64,000 nt of DNA, taken from positions 326,442 to 390,441 of the forward strand of contig JAOPTW010000013.1 in the NCBI GenBank assembly GCA_051532035.1, read 5' to 3'. Positions 18,404 through 28,573 of this stretch are shown here, piece after piece. The DNA comes from Fibrobacterales bacterium (GTDB lineage Bacteria > Fibrobacterota > Fibrobacteria > Fibrobacterales > JAOPTW01). Below the pieces are notes generated by a model. The model worked only from the letters and a program-made list of their open reading frames with translations. It was not told the DNA's origin and did no database searches. Position 1 is the stretch's first letter. The number at the start of each line of letters is the position of its first letter. A program made the position numbers and the translations under genes.

Positions 18404-20653
18404 ATGAAGAGAGAAATTGAATTATTGGCACCAGGTGGAGACCTGGACTCTATTAAAGCTGCAATTGTAGCTGGTGCAAATGCTGTATATTGTGGGCTGA
18501 GCTCATTTAACGCACGAAACCGCGCAACAAACCTCTCTTTTGATGAGTTACAAGGTGTTTTGCACTTAGCTCATTCTCACAATTGTGAAGTATTTCTCAC
18601 CCTCAATATTATTATCCTCCAAAGTGAAATTTCTGCTCTAGTCACTCTATTGAACCGGTTGGTTAATACAAGTATCGACGGGATTATCGTGCAAGATATT
18701 GGCCTATTTTATCTCCTGTCTCGTCATTTTAGATCCCTAAAGGTACATGCGTCAACCCAAGTGACCACCCATAATGCTGGTCAGATAGCCTTTATGGCGG
18801 GGCTCAATGCCACTCGAGTAAATCTTTCACGAGAACTCAGCATAGATGAAATTGCTCACCTGAACGGTGTCGCTCATGAACATGGCTTACTAACCGAGGT
18901 GTTTGTCCATGGGTCCAATTGTATTTCATTTTCGGGCCTCTGTACTATGAGTTCCCTCCATGGTGGGCAATCGGGAAATCGAGGCCGCTGTAGTCAACCC
19001 TGCAGAGATGCCTATACTACCACTGCGAAAGGAAACAGTTATCCCCTCAACATAAAAGATACCTCTGCCTTTTTTGACCTCAAAGCGTTGGCCAATGCTG
19101 GCGTGGATTCCTTTAAGATTGAGGGGAGAATAAAAAAGTTTGAGTATGTGTATACTGTTGTAGATACTTGGCGTCGAGAACTCCAGAGGTTCTACGGTAA
19201 TCAAAGCTTGAATAACGACAACAGTGGACTCTACAAAGTGTTTAATCGTGACTTTACCAATGATCTTCTGTCGGGTAGCATCACGAGTGATATGTTTATT
19301 GATAACCCACGCGATAACTCATTGATACATCTCGCTGAAACTAAAAATTTTACAACGGCAGAAGCGCAAGAGAATGGCGTACGCGCATTTTATAATGAGA
19401 AAGAGATGCGCACGAAGGCAATTGAGCAACAGATCACTCCCCTGAGTACAAAACGAGCTCCGGTATCGCTCACTGTTTCAGGAGAAGCAGGAGAACTACT
19501 CAAGGTATCCATTAGCACAGGTCAGCACTCTTTTACAATAGAGTCGTCGAGTGTACTCGTCGAAACCGCACAACAACCTTTGAGCAAAAAGATACTACTC
19601 ACGCGCTTTAAGTCGATTGCCGAGACAGAGTACTCTCTAAAAGAGCTGGATATTTCAGGACTTAAGCCCAACCTGTTTCTCCCCTTTCGCGAGATTACGG
19701 TATTAAAGAATGAGCTTCTGTATCTTCTCAATGATAACAGAGAAACAGTCGATCCTGTTGTTCTTCCAAAAATTGAGCATACAGCTCAGCAGAAGAAGAG
19801 TGCCCCTCCTCAGCTATCAATACTCATTGATTCAGAGAAGGATATTCCACTCCATGAAGCATCAGACATCAGAGTCTATTTTCAATTACCAAACTCCTTA
19901 AATATCCATTGTGACGAGTATGTTAACCTCTTTAAGCAGAATGATTTTCTCATTCCCTGGTTCCCCTCAGTATTGATTGCAGAAGAGTATTCTCAGGCGA
20001 TTAAGCTATTAGAACGCCTAAATCCAAGGGTAATAGTAACGAATAATACGGGTATTGGCCATGAAGCGTATCGACTTGGAATCCCATGGATTGCGGGACC
20101 TGATATTCATTGTGTGAACTCCTATAGCTTACAATGCTTAAAGGAACAGTTCAATTGTGTGGGGGCATTTGTCTCTAATGAACTGAACAACAGACAAATC
20201 AGTACTCTTGCAAAGCCCGATGATTTTGATCTCTACTTCAGCATTTATCACCCTATTAAACTCATGACGAGTAGGCTGTGCCTTTTTCACCCAGTGACTG
20301 GTTGTGATAAACATGTAATAGATGGTACCTGTATTTCGGGCTGTACCAAGCGGTCCGAAATCACTAACCTCAAAGAAATCTCCTTTGTACTTGAGAAGTC
20401 TAAAGGGAATTATCATACAGTGTATAGCGCCCATAACTATTTGAATACTGATATTGTAACTGAGCTTCCTGATAGGTTTTCAGGTTTTATGATTGATCTT
20501 CGCCATAAGAAGACACAGACAACCGTGTCGGTGACACAAACAGACCTCGTTAAAGCTTTTACGAAGGCCCTTGCAGGCGACGCTGCGACCATCACGGATC
20601 TGTATCGGATCATTAGGCCTACAACGAATATTCAGTACAGTAAGGGTATTTAG
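18404..20653 (+). CDS. U32 family peptidase (long form with C-terminal extension)
   Basis: IELLAPGGDLDSIKAAIVAGANAVYCGL..FNARNRA. U32 signature EVFVHGSNCISFSGLCTMSS. Confidence 0.9.
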   Translation: MKREIELLAPGGDLDSIKAAIVAGANAVYCGLSSFNARNRATNLSFDELQGVLHLAHSHNCEVFLTLNIIILQSEISALVTLLNRLVNTSIDGIIVQDIGLFYLLSRHFRSLKVHASTQVTTHNAGQIAFMAGLNATRVNLSRELSIDEIAHLNGVAHEHGLLTEVFVHGSNCISFSGLCTMSSLHGGQSGNRGRCSQPCRDAYTTTAKGNSYPLNIKDTSAFFDLKALANAGVDSFKIEGRIKKFEYVYTVVDTWRRELQRFYGNQSLNNDNSGLYKVFNRDFTNDLLSGSITSDMFIDNPRDNSLIHLAETKNFTTAEAQENGVRAFYNEKEMRTKAIEQQITPLSTKRAPVSLTVSGEAGELLKVSISTGQHSFTIESSSVLVETAQQPLSKKILLTRFKSIAETEYSLKELDISGLKPNLFLPFREITVLKNELLYLLNDNRETVDPVVLPKIEHTAQQKKSAPPQLSILIDSEKDIPLHEASDIRVYFQLPNSLNIHCDEYVNLFKQNDFLIPWFPSVLIAEEYSQAIKLLERLNPRVIVTNNTGIGHEAYRLGIPWIAGPDIHCVNSYSLQCLKEQFNCVGAFVSNELNNRQISTLAKPDDFDLYFSIYHPIKLMTSRLCLFHPVTGCDKHVIDGTCISGCTKRSEITNLKEISFVLEKSKGNYHTVYSAHNYLNTDIVTELPDRFSGFMIDLRHKKTQTTVSVTQTDLVKAFTKALAGDAATITDLYRIIRPTTNIQYSKGI

Positions 20654-21759
20654 TTCACTTCGATCTCTGTATTTATCTTATTAAATGATATCTCTTCCAT
20701 ATCATCCATCCAGCCCGCATTTTCATCAAACTGCATAATCATCATACGGCTTGCCATATCGGGTTGTTCAGGTCGAGAATGAATTTGCTTGAGAATGAGC
20801 TTGTCTTCCATTCTTCCACAAATTTCAATTTTACCACTGTCATGGCCCATAATAAATTTAAACCGCTTGGCATAGCCATCCAATGTTTGACGTGCGGTGT
20901 CTACCATATCAACTCCTACCATGAGCGGCACTTGGAAATGATGACGTACACGCGTGACAGGCATACATTGATAGAGATAGTACGGATTTACCCCTATTTT
21001 GGTGAGGCCATTCATAAGGTTTTCTATTGCTTCAACGCTATCATTCACCCCTTTAAGGAGCACAGCCTGATTATTAACCGTTATGCCCGCTTCTCTGATT
21101 TTGAGTACTGCGGCAGTTGCTGCTTCGGTGATTTCATTAGCATGATTGAAGTGGGTTGGAATATAGAGCGTTTTCTTTTTATTAAATTCTTTAAGGTAGT
21201 CCATCAGTTCTTCATCAAAAAATCTCATAGGATACACAACAGGTGTTCGAGTACCAATGCGTACAAAATTAACATGCTCAATATCGATGAGGCAATCAAG
21301 CATCTTCTTTAATCGCTTGGTACCGATGAGCATTGGGTCTCCACCCGAAATAACGACATTTGTTATTTCGGTATGCTCCCGTATGTACTCAGCAGCCCTC
21401 TGAAAATTCTCTACAGTCTTGTCATTAGGCAGTCCAACAATTGCCTTTCTAAAGCAGTGTCGACAATACATAGAGCAGTAGTCAGTTGCCACTATTAGAG
21501 CCGAATACGGGTATTTATGTAAAATACCATTACCCTTATTATGTTTGTCATCACCATAAGGGTCTTTAGTGGTTTCACCCATACTCCCCATAGTCGTGAG
21601 CTCATCAACACTCGGAACTGCAAGTTTTTTAATGGGGTCATTTGCATCGGATCTATCAATAAGATTGAGATAATAGCGCGGGATATTCATGGGGTGCTTT
21701 TCGGCCACCTCCCTTAATTCGCTTTCTACCTCATCTGATAAGTCTATATAGCGTTTCAA
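20650..21759 (-). CDS. KamA-family radical SAM aminomutase (lysine 2,3-aminomutase-like); start unresolved
   Basis: CSMYCRHCFRK (CxxxCxxC). VISGGDPML. HFNHANEIT. GVNPYYLYQC. Conserved N-terminal sequence (DWQKELKNNITTIDEL) continues upstream of the TTG at 21759 (see findings). Confidence 0.85.
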   Translation of the reverse strand: MKRYIDLSDEVESELREVAEKHPMNIPRYYLNLIDRSDANDPIKKLAVPSVDELTTMGSMGETTKDPYGDDKHNKGNGILHKYPYSALIVATDYCSMYCRHCFRKAIVGLPNDKTVENFQRAAEYIREHTEITNVVISGGDPMLIGTKRLKKMLDCLIDIEHVNFVRIGTRTPVVYPMRFFDEELMDYLKEFNKKKTLYIPTHFNHANEITEAATAAVLKIREAGITVNNQAVLLKGVNDSVEAIENLMNGLTKIGVNPYYLYQCMPVTRVRHHFQVPLMVGVDMVDTARQTLDGYAKRFKFIMGHDSGKIEICGRMEDKLILKQIHSRPEQPDMASRMMIMQFDENAGWMDDMEEISFNKINTEIEVN

Positions 21760-22001
21760 TTCATCAATAGTTGTAATATTGTTCTTTAGTTCTTTCTGCC
21801 AATCAAGCTCGAACCAATTTAAAGTATTGAGTTGCTCTTCTGTATCACTGATCCTGCTACCTCGAGTAATTCCAAAAACATTTAGAATAGTATTCTATAG
21901 CATAAACCTAATATAATTTTGTTTAGACATGTAAATATTTAACGTGAACATAAATTGAATGCATCATTATTTTTGCCTATTTTGATTACCCCTCAATAAA
22001 A

Positions 22002-23372
22002 TTACCACATTACCGGCATTACAACAGAGTTCCCCTGGTGGACAACTCGGATAATAACCAGTTGTATACTCAACACATCGGTATCGATTGCAAAACCAGT
22101 CACTCCAACAGGACGTATTGGAATTTGCGCACCAGTCACACTATAGGCCCGCATAGAGTCTACGGGTTTACTGGTTATTATGGAGATATGGTGCGGCCCT
22201 ATATTCTGTACAGTAATGCCTAAGGGAGTATCGTCATACTGAAGAGAAGCTACCTGGTGAGACATTTTAGTAGTACTTGATGACTCGGGTTCAGAACTAC
22301 TCTCATCCTGTACCGAAGAGATAGCCTCTATATCCGATGACACTGCTTCACTTGAAGATGATACACTCACTACAGAAGAACTTAAAAGCTCCTTTTCCCT
22401 TTGCTTCTCTCTTAACTGATACTCTCTACACCCCTCCGATTCATACGGCAATGGAATAAGTTGTTCTTTCAGTGCGGTTATAGTCTCCAACCAGTTTTTG
22501 TCAGGGTTTGACTGTGATAACCCTATCAGCCCTTCACTAATTCGAGCATTAAGATTATTAATATCATCCCAGTCGTAATTATGACCCTGATCAGCCCCAT
22601 CAACTCCGTATCCTGCATCGGCAATAATCTGTTTCTGTGTTAACCCAAACACATCTTGGTACGTGGTATGATTGTTCACAAATATTTTTGAAGAAGCACC
22701 ATTTGAACTTCCTCCTGATGTATTCATGTAATCAATAAGGGGAAATTGATGAGTGAATGAAGAGAGCCATGGCTGTTGATCTATCCATGGCGAGACATCC
22801 ATTGAAATAAGAGCATTGGGCATGTGTGTCATTATCTGTTCAATAATATCCTGGAGTAATGAAGCCATTTCTGGGTAACTGATCCCTCCCCCTTCCTGTT
22901 CATCTGTGGTGTACTGATGAAAGTCAGGCTCCAGAAGCCAGATAAGGGTTCTCTCTGTGCCATATACTTTTGCCGTTTCTTTGGCAAAATCCCCATACCG
23001 AGTCACGATTACATCTCGGTTTTCTCTAATGTACCCCGCTCCCTTTTTACACAAATTATTGTCACTGACATTACAATCATCAATCTTGAGTTCTTTTTTG
23101 GCCATAAAGGCAATGAGATACGAAAAGTAGGCCGGTGTAAAAATTTCCTTTTCATCATACTGGAGTACATATTCAAGGAGCTCACGCTCAACACTTCCGA
23201 AATTATCCCACCCAATCCAAGTATATACAAAGTTTATATTGGTGTAGTCAGAGTCAGTCCCATGCCAGTAACGGCCAAAATTAAATGCACAGGGATTAAA
23301 GTCTGCAAGAGTCACCTGGACAGAAAGGAGGAAACCTAAACATACATACAAATACTTGTTAACTCTCATCAC
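22002..23372 (-). CDS. secreted protein, possible distant GH6-like glycoside hydrolase, with a Ser-rich linker and a T9SS-like C-terminal domain
   Basis: Signal peptide. IDDCNVSDNN, LIWLLEPDFHQY and PNALISMDVSPW resemble GH6 blocks (DRDC, EPDSL, YLDAGH..W) only loosely. Linker SSSVVSVSSSSEAVSS. Confidence 0.55.
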   Translation of the reverse strand: MMRVNKYLYVCLGFLLSVQVTLADFNPCAFNFGRYWHGTDSDYTNINFVYTWIGWDNFGSVERELLEYVLQYDEKEIFTPAYFSYLIAFMAKKELKIDDCNVSDNNLCKKGAGYIRENRDVIVTRYGDFAKETAKVYGTERTLIWLLEPDFHQYTTDEQEGGGISYPEMASLLQDIIEQIMTHMPNALISMDVSPWIDQQPWLSSFTHQFPLIDYMNTSGGSSNGASSKIFVNNHTTYQDVFGLTQKQIIADAGYGVDGADQGHNYDWDDINNLNARISEGLIGLSQSNPDKNWLETITALKEQLIPLPYESEGCREYQLREKQREKELLSSSVVSVSSSSEAVSSDIEAISSVQDESSSEPESSSTTKMSHQVASLQYDDTPLGITVQNIGPHHISIITSKPVDSMRAYSVTGAQIPIRPVGVTGFAIDTDVLSIQLVIIRVVHQGNSVVMPVMW

Positions 23373-23601
23373 ATTTTCTCCGCTTTTTTAGTCTACATCT
23401 TAGGGGGTTCGTGCCAAATATACCCAATAGAATCCTAACATAAAAGTGATAGCGTGAAATTACAAAGTTGTATTTGCTTATTTTACCTGAATTTACATAG
23501 CCCTGTATACCAGATGGATTTGCGGCACTTGAAGTGAATCCATTGATTTTCTAGTACCAATCTAATTACATAATCACTTGTTCCATAAATGGCCCAATCC
23601 T

Positions 23602-25164
23602 TTATTTACTATGAGTAAATGAAAAGCGTTCTCCATTGATTACTATTATATACAGTCCTGATTGCATAGTAATAGCATTTACTTCGGTAACCGACAAAGT
23701 CCTCCCCATTATATCGTAGAGTAATACGTTTGATTTTTGAATGAGTAGTTGCTGAAATTGAGCATGAGAGAGTTCCTTAATGTGTTGTATTGGGTACAAT
23801 CCGGCAACACCGTTATTCAATGCATCAGATGAAAGCCCCAAAAAACTATTCGATTGTGCACTCAGGTAAGTATCATTATTATCTTTTTCAGCCGATGATA
23901 GTGTTCCATTAGAAAGGTATTCAACCGAACTACTATGAGCGTCCTGAAAGAAATCACTTGAACGAAACTCCTCTAGTGAGGAGATTAACATTTCTGAAGA
24001 AGTCAAATGTAATGGAGATGAAAATGACGCTCCTGAAGACACAGAACTTAAAGCAGATGAGGATGACACTCCTGATGATACCGAACTTAATGCAGATGAA
24101 TATGATACTTCTGAAGACACAGAACTTAATGCAGATGACGATGACACTTCTGAAGATACAGAACTTAATACAGATGACGATGACACTTCTGAAGACACCG
24201 AACTTAAACGGGATGACGATGAGGGTTGATTTGACGAATATACATGCTGGCTCGATGAACTTATTTGGGCACTCGAACTTATGGCTCCCGAAAGACAGGT
24301 TCTTGGATATTCATTTACGGTCTCCCACGCAAGTCGCTGTAATACCGCTGCTTGCGCACTGGTTGGTATTTCATCATAAGAGCCTCCCCACTGTGTTCGC
24401 AGTTCATTGGTGAGTCCTTGAGGGTTTTGGTTATGTAACATCGCAAAGTGAATGAGTGCGATGTAGTATCTCCCCATGTCATTGAGATGAATGTGATCTT
24501 CAAACAATGCATCCATTTGTGATATTCCAGGTAGTTCACCCGCCATAACAGCATCATATAGTTTTATAAGACCTTGGCCTCCAGGAATCATGCATACTGG
24601 TTTTTCAGGGTTGTGTGCTGAATTAAGCGAATCTACTATTCGTTCCCATACGTCAAGATCATCAACTAGTTTTTGCCGCCATGCCTCCACCGCTGGCACA
24701 TGTGCACAGTCTGCTCCAATTCCATTAGGTAAACAATGCCATATTTCATACACATACACCTGAATACCGGGATTATGATCTTCTGCATAGAGATAAAAAC
24801 TATCAGCAATTGGGTGGGTAAGTTTTAGATTATTTAAATTTCTCGGTACGCTCTCAGTCATAATAAATGCATCAAAATCACCTGCAGGCAATCCATTATT
24901 TTCTTCAAAAAAAGAGCGGGCATGTGGCCGAGTACTAGGATTGTTTTCAGCCTTTTTTCCCCAATGAAAAACCAAAGGAGACCCAGGAATAGATTGAAAT
25001 TCCCAATCAAATTGCACACTAGGGCGATCTTCAGATAACCTATGTACCATTGAAGGTATATAATCCGTTAAACTGTGCCCAATATAATATGCGTTAGTAC
25101 TCTGTGAATAACTCTCAATAGTACATAAAAGCATCACCCAAATAAAACCTACTATTAATCTCAT
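23602..25164 (-). CDS. secreted SGNH/GDSL-like hydrolase (putative carbohydrate esterase) with a Ser-rich repeat linker and a T9SS-type C-terminal domain
   Basis: Signal peptide. Block I-like YYIGHSLTDY. Block V-like EDHIHLND. C-terminus VLLYDIMGRTLSV...GLYIIVINGERFSF. Confidence 0.7.
   Translation of the reverse strand: MRLIVGFIWVMLLCTIESYSQSTNAYYIGHSLTDYIPSMVHRLSEDRPSVQFDWEFQSIPGSPLVFHWGKKAENNPSTRPHARSFFEENNGLPAGDFDAFIMTESVPRNLNNLKLTHPIADSFYLYAEDHNPGIQVYVYEIWHCLPNGIGADCAHVPAVEAWRQKLVDDLDVWERIVDSLNSAHNPEKPVCMIPGGQGLIKLYDAVMAGELPGISQMDALFEDHIHLNDMGRYYIALIHFAMLHNQNPQGLTNELRTQWGGSYDEIPTSAQAAVLQRLAWETVNEYPRTCLSGAISSSAQISSSSQHVYSSNQPSSSSRLSSVSSEVSSSSVLSSVSSEVSSSSALSSVSSEVSYSSALSSVSSGVSSSSALSSVSSGASFSSPLHLTSSEMLISSLEEFRSSDFFQDAHSSSVEYLSNGTLSSAEKDNNDTYLSAQSNSFLGLSSDALNNGVAGLYPIQHIKELSHAQFQQLLIQKSNVLLYDIMGRTLSVTEVNAITMQSGLYIIVINGERFSFTHSK
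24013..24207 (-). repeat. 5 tandem copies of a 39-nt unit encoding LSSVSSEVSSSSA-type 13-aa repeats
   Basis: Read directly in DNA and protein (aa 320-384 of the 23602..25164 product). The copies differ by a few substitutions. Confidence 0.9.
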
Positions 25165-25361
25165 ATACCATCAAACCCCATGTGTTAGTCATCTAAATGT
25201 ATCTAAACGAGCGGATTTATGGATAGACTGTAAATGTTACCGTTGAGTACTCGATCAACGGCATTTTGTTGAAGGGACGGATTTTTTTGGGTTTCGTAAG
25301 TGGTCGCTCACAGCGATTACTTTACGCACTGCAACTCTATTTTCAATTTGAATGGCTTCTG

Positions 25362-25397
25362 AGGGCACTTATATTATTGCAAAAGTACAAGTGCCCT
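25362..25397 (-). terminator. hairpin AGGGCACTT-N18-AAGTGCCCT downstream of the Big_2 gene
   Basis: 9-bp perfect stem 24 nt past the stop at 25421. No T-run follows on the minus strand. Confidence 0.3.
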
Positions 25398-25420
25398 GTG
25401 TCAGTCCATAGCCCGTATAT

Positions 25421-27067
25421 CTAATATGCCAAACAAAGAATTGCATACTGCTGATACCACATGGCATTCGGGTCACACGAATATGGACCGAATTCAATCA
25501 TAAGGTTGCCACTGCTCAGGTCAATAGCACCATACTCTTCATCTGTACTGATTGTTAGGCCATTGCAACTGCCGCCTTCAGTAGCATCAATCATATTTAC
25601 GAAATCATTACCTCCAACCAAAGCGTAAGGAGCATTGGTACCAAGTTTTGCCATCAAGTCTCCAGTAAAGGCATCAACTTGCCACTGAGTCGTTGGATCT
25701 TCCCAATCCTGATCAATTATTTTGGCAAATGAATTTCCAAGAAGTGTTCCATCTACAGCTTTAATAACAGACTCTGCGGAAAAACCGTAATTTACAGGCA
25801 TTAGAGCAATGTTATCAGCAGCATCAATGGTAACCATTGCGTGAACAGTAGTTTGAGTTACTCCTGCAGGCTTATGAGCTGTACATAAATCATCAACACC
25901 TATACGGCCCCCAAGATCACCTCCAGTGAAGCCATCAGTCTCAGATTCAATAGCATACATAATCAGTTCCTGCGTTACAGTTACGGTACAGATCGCAGTA
26001 AAACCGCCATCTTCAGATGTTGCTGTAATAACCGCCTCACCCATAGAAACTGCTGTTACAAGCCCATCGTCAGAAACTGTTGCTATGGCCTCATCACTGG
26101 TACTCCAGATAACATTCTGGTACGTTGCATCAACCGGACCAACAGTTGCAGTGAGCTGTTCAGTCAGTCCAACATCAACAGTGGTGGTTGCCGTATTTAA
26201 GGTAACACCGGTAACACTCATTGTGGCTGGAGAGATATGGTAGGTAAAGATTGCAATAAAGCTACCGTCTTCGGTAGTAACAGTAATAACCGGCTGTCCC
26301 TCTGCTATTGCGGTCACCAAACCATTTTCTGAAACTGTTGCTATGGTCTCATCACTGGTAATCCAGATAACATTTTTATGTGTCGCATCTGCAGGTTCAA
26401 CAGTTGTTAGAAGCTGTTTGGTATCTCCAACCTCAGCTGAAGAGGCAGAAAGGTTTAGGGTAACACTTGTAACTAACACCGGTGGAATGGGTACCGTTAC
26501 AGTGCAGATTGCATAAAAGCCACCATCATTTGCAGTAACAGTAATACCCGCACTTCCTGAGGCTACTGCAGTTATTAATCCATCCGTAGAAATAGTTGCT
26601 ATGGTTTCATCACCGCTGGTCCAGGCAACCCCCTGATGAGTCGCATCAAGTGGACCAATAGCAGCAACGAGCTGTTCAGTTAAACCTATTGATAATTCAG
26701 TTATATTCTTATTTAGAGTTAGTCCGGTTACTGCAAGAATAACAGGCACCTCACTGGAGCTTGATACTGCACTGCTTATTGGGACCTGTGAGGATACAGT
26801 AGCTACTTCAGCGACACTACTGACAAGGAGTGCCTGAGACGACACAAGTACCGCATTAACAGCGCTACTCACCTCAACCTTTGAAACCGAGCTGACTACT
26901 GCTGCACTACTCATAGGAAGAATCGTCTGAGAGGATTCCACAGCCGCTACACTGTCTACAAGAGAGTCATCAGTTTCCTCAGCGGTATCAAACAAGCAGT
27001 GAGAAAAGATTAGAACCATGACGGTACCCATAAGGATTTTTGTGAGTATTTGTTTATTCAATTTCAT
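25421..27067 (-). CDS. lipoprotein with three bacterial Ig-like (Big_2) domains and a Cys-containing C-terminal domain
   Basis: Met43 start (ATG 27067) preceded by AAAGGAGAT. Signal/lipobox ...VLIFSHC. Ser/Val-rich spacer. Three repeats of about 85 aa: VTGVTLN...LTEQL.A.VGP.DAT.Q.V.W.SSDE.IATVS..GLVTAV..G...ITAT..DGGF.A.CTVTV. Confidence 0.8.
   Translation of the reverse strand: MKLNKQILTKILMGTVMVLIFSHCLFDTAEETDDSLVDSVAAVESSQTILPMSSAAVVSSVSKVEVSSAVNAVLVSSQALLVSSVAEVATVSSQVPISSAVSSSSEVPVILAVTGLTLNKNITELSIGLTEQLVAAIGPLDATHQGVAWTSGDETIATISTDGLITAVASGSAGITVTANDGGFYAICTVTVPIPPVLVTSVTLNLSASSAEVGDTKQLLTTVEPADATHKNVIWITSDETIATVSENGLVTAIAEGQPVITVTTEDGSFIAIFTYHISPATMSVTGVTLNTATTTVDVGLTEQLTATVGPVDATYQNVIWSTSDEAIATVSDDGLVTAVSMGEAVITATSEDGGFTAICTVTVTQELIMYAIESETDGFTGGDLGGRIGVDDLCTAHKPAGVTQTTVHAMVTIDAADNIALMPVNYGFSAESVIKAVDGTLLGNSFAKIIDQDWEDPTTQWQVDAFTGDLMAKLGTNAPYALVGGNDFVNMIDATEGGSCNGLTISTDEEYGAIDLSSGNLMIEFGPYSCDPNAMWYQQYAILCLAY
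25973..26731 (-). repeat. three tandem Big_2-encoding units (about 255-270 nt each)
   Basis: Protein-level triplication at aa 155-407 of the track ORF. The DNA copies are diverged but alignable by eye. Confidence 0.75.
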
Positions 27068-27238
27068 TGGTATCTCCTTTAAGTATTTTTGATATGCTAC
27101 CAATATATTTTTGTCATATGGGTAATATGATTTGTCAAAAAGGAAATCAAGAAAAAGTCGAGTATACTTACTATTCAGCAAAAAACAGAACAACTCAGGC
27201 TCAGAAATATTTGTAAGAAACGCAATGTAATAGTTTGG

Positions 27239-28330
27239 TTATTGAGATTTATATTCGCTAGGATTACAGCCATATTTCTTCAGAAAACTCTTAGAAAACT
27301 GACTGATACTGAGATACCCGAGCCGCTCACCCACTTCAGAAACATTAAGCGAGCCATCATCAAGTAATTTTTTAGCCTTCTCAAGACGGGCATTGAGATA
27401 ATATTGATATATAGAGACGCCAAACTGAGATTGGAACTCTTTTTGAAGAGTTACTCTATTGGTACTCATTTTTTTGGCGAGATCCTCAATATTGGGTTTT
27501 GATGTTATATTCTCAATAATTAATCGCTTCGCCTCAAGTGCCCTATCCATATTGTGGGTATTCACCGTTTCTGATTGAGAACTGTTTATTCTAGTAAGGA
27601 TCTTCTGAAGAAACCGAGCGAGAACAAGCTTGACCAACCCTTCAAGCTCCATCATTCCCGCAAGATTAAAACTGGAGTGATTAAAAATCATTCTGAGAAA
27701 AGCATCAAGATTCGTATCACTCTCCTCAAGGATTAAAAACTCCTTTTGGCTTTGAATCAAATCCTTCAACCCATCCTCAGTATCAAAATTCAAAACTTTA
27801 TTCATTACCTCTCTATCGAGTACTATTGAAATTATATGATCGTCACTCCCCTTCTGCATATTTACCCTAAAATCTACATTGGGAGAAGTCCACAACCCAC
27901 CAATGAGAGTGCCCTTACCGAGTATTTTTTCTTCAGAGTCAATCAGAACTGTGTGAGTAGTATCTGGGTGAGGAAATACAAATTCAAAGAGGTTATTTTC
28001 AGCGGGGTTTTTCCGGTGAACTTGCATATTAAACATAACTTGTATCTTATGCCGTACAAAGGTAAACCCTTCCTGTAATTTAAAAGCCTGAAGTTCATGA
28101 ATGTTGTCTACATAATCCATTTTAAGATATTGTTCATGAGAAACAACCCCTTTGGCCTTTCCTAATTTATTAAGAAACTGGTCTCCATGAAGTAATTCAA
28201 GGTTCAGTTTGATTACTGTATTTGGAAAAAGGACAGTGAACGTTTTAACACTTTTTAGGAGGAACTCTTCAACATAACTTGGAAGGTTTAAATAATCCCA
28301 AACATCATTGAGTACTTCTTTAATATCCAT
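27239..28330 (-). CDS. AraC/XylS family transcriptional regulator
   Basis: C-terminal double HTH: IEDLAKKMSTNRVTLQKEFQSQFGVSIYQYYLNARLEKAKKLL...VSEVGERLGYLSISQFSKSFLKKYGCNPSEY. Confidence 0.9.
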   Translation of the reverse strand: MDIKEVLNDVWDYLNLPSYVEEFLLKSVKTFTVLFPNTVIKLNLELLHGDQFLNKLGKAKGVVSHEQYLKMDYVDNIHELQAFKLQEGFTFVRHKIQVMFNMQVHRKNPAENNLFEFVFPHPDTTHTVLIDSEEKILGKGTLIGGLWTSPNVDFRVNMQKGSDDHIISIVLDREVMNKVLNFDTEDGLKDLIQSQKEFLILEESDTNLDAFLRMIFNHSSFNLAGMMELEGLVKLVLARFLQKILTRINSSQSETVNTHNMDRALEAKRLIIENITSKPNIEDLAKKMSTNRVTLQKEFQSQFGVSIYQYYLNARLEKAKKLLDDGSLNVSEVGERLGYLSISQFSKSFLKKYGCNPSEYKSQ

Positions 28331-28573
28331 TGAAACTTTTTAAGTAGGAGTGCATATATAAAATACTTTTTTTAACTGCAACGATCCAAAGAATGTGTGT
28401 GTGTAAGGAAATTTATAATCCGCATATAGTGCTCATTTTTTACGTATATGAATGAGCGTTATTCCAAAGGGCAAAAGTGATACATCTATTTCTTCTTAAA
28501 GTGCTTTGGGATAGAATAATATATCATAGGACATTATCACTCTCAAAACTATAGTTCATATTCATAATGGCTA

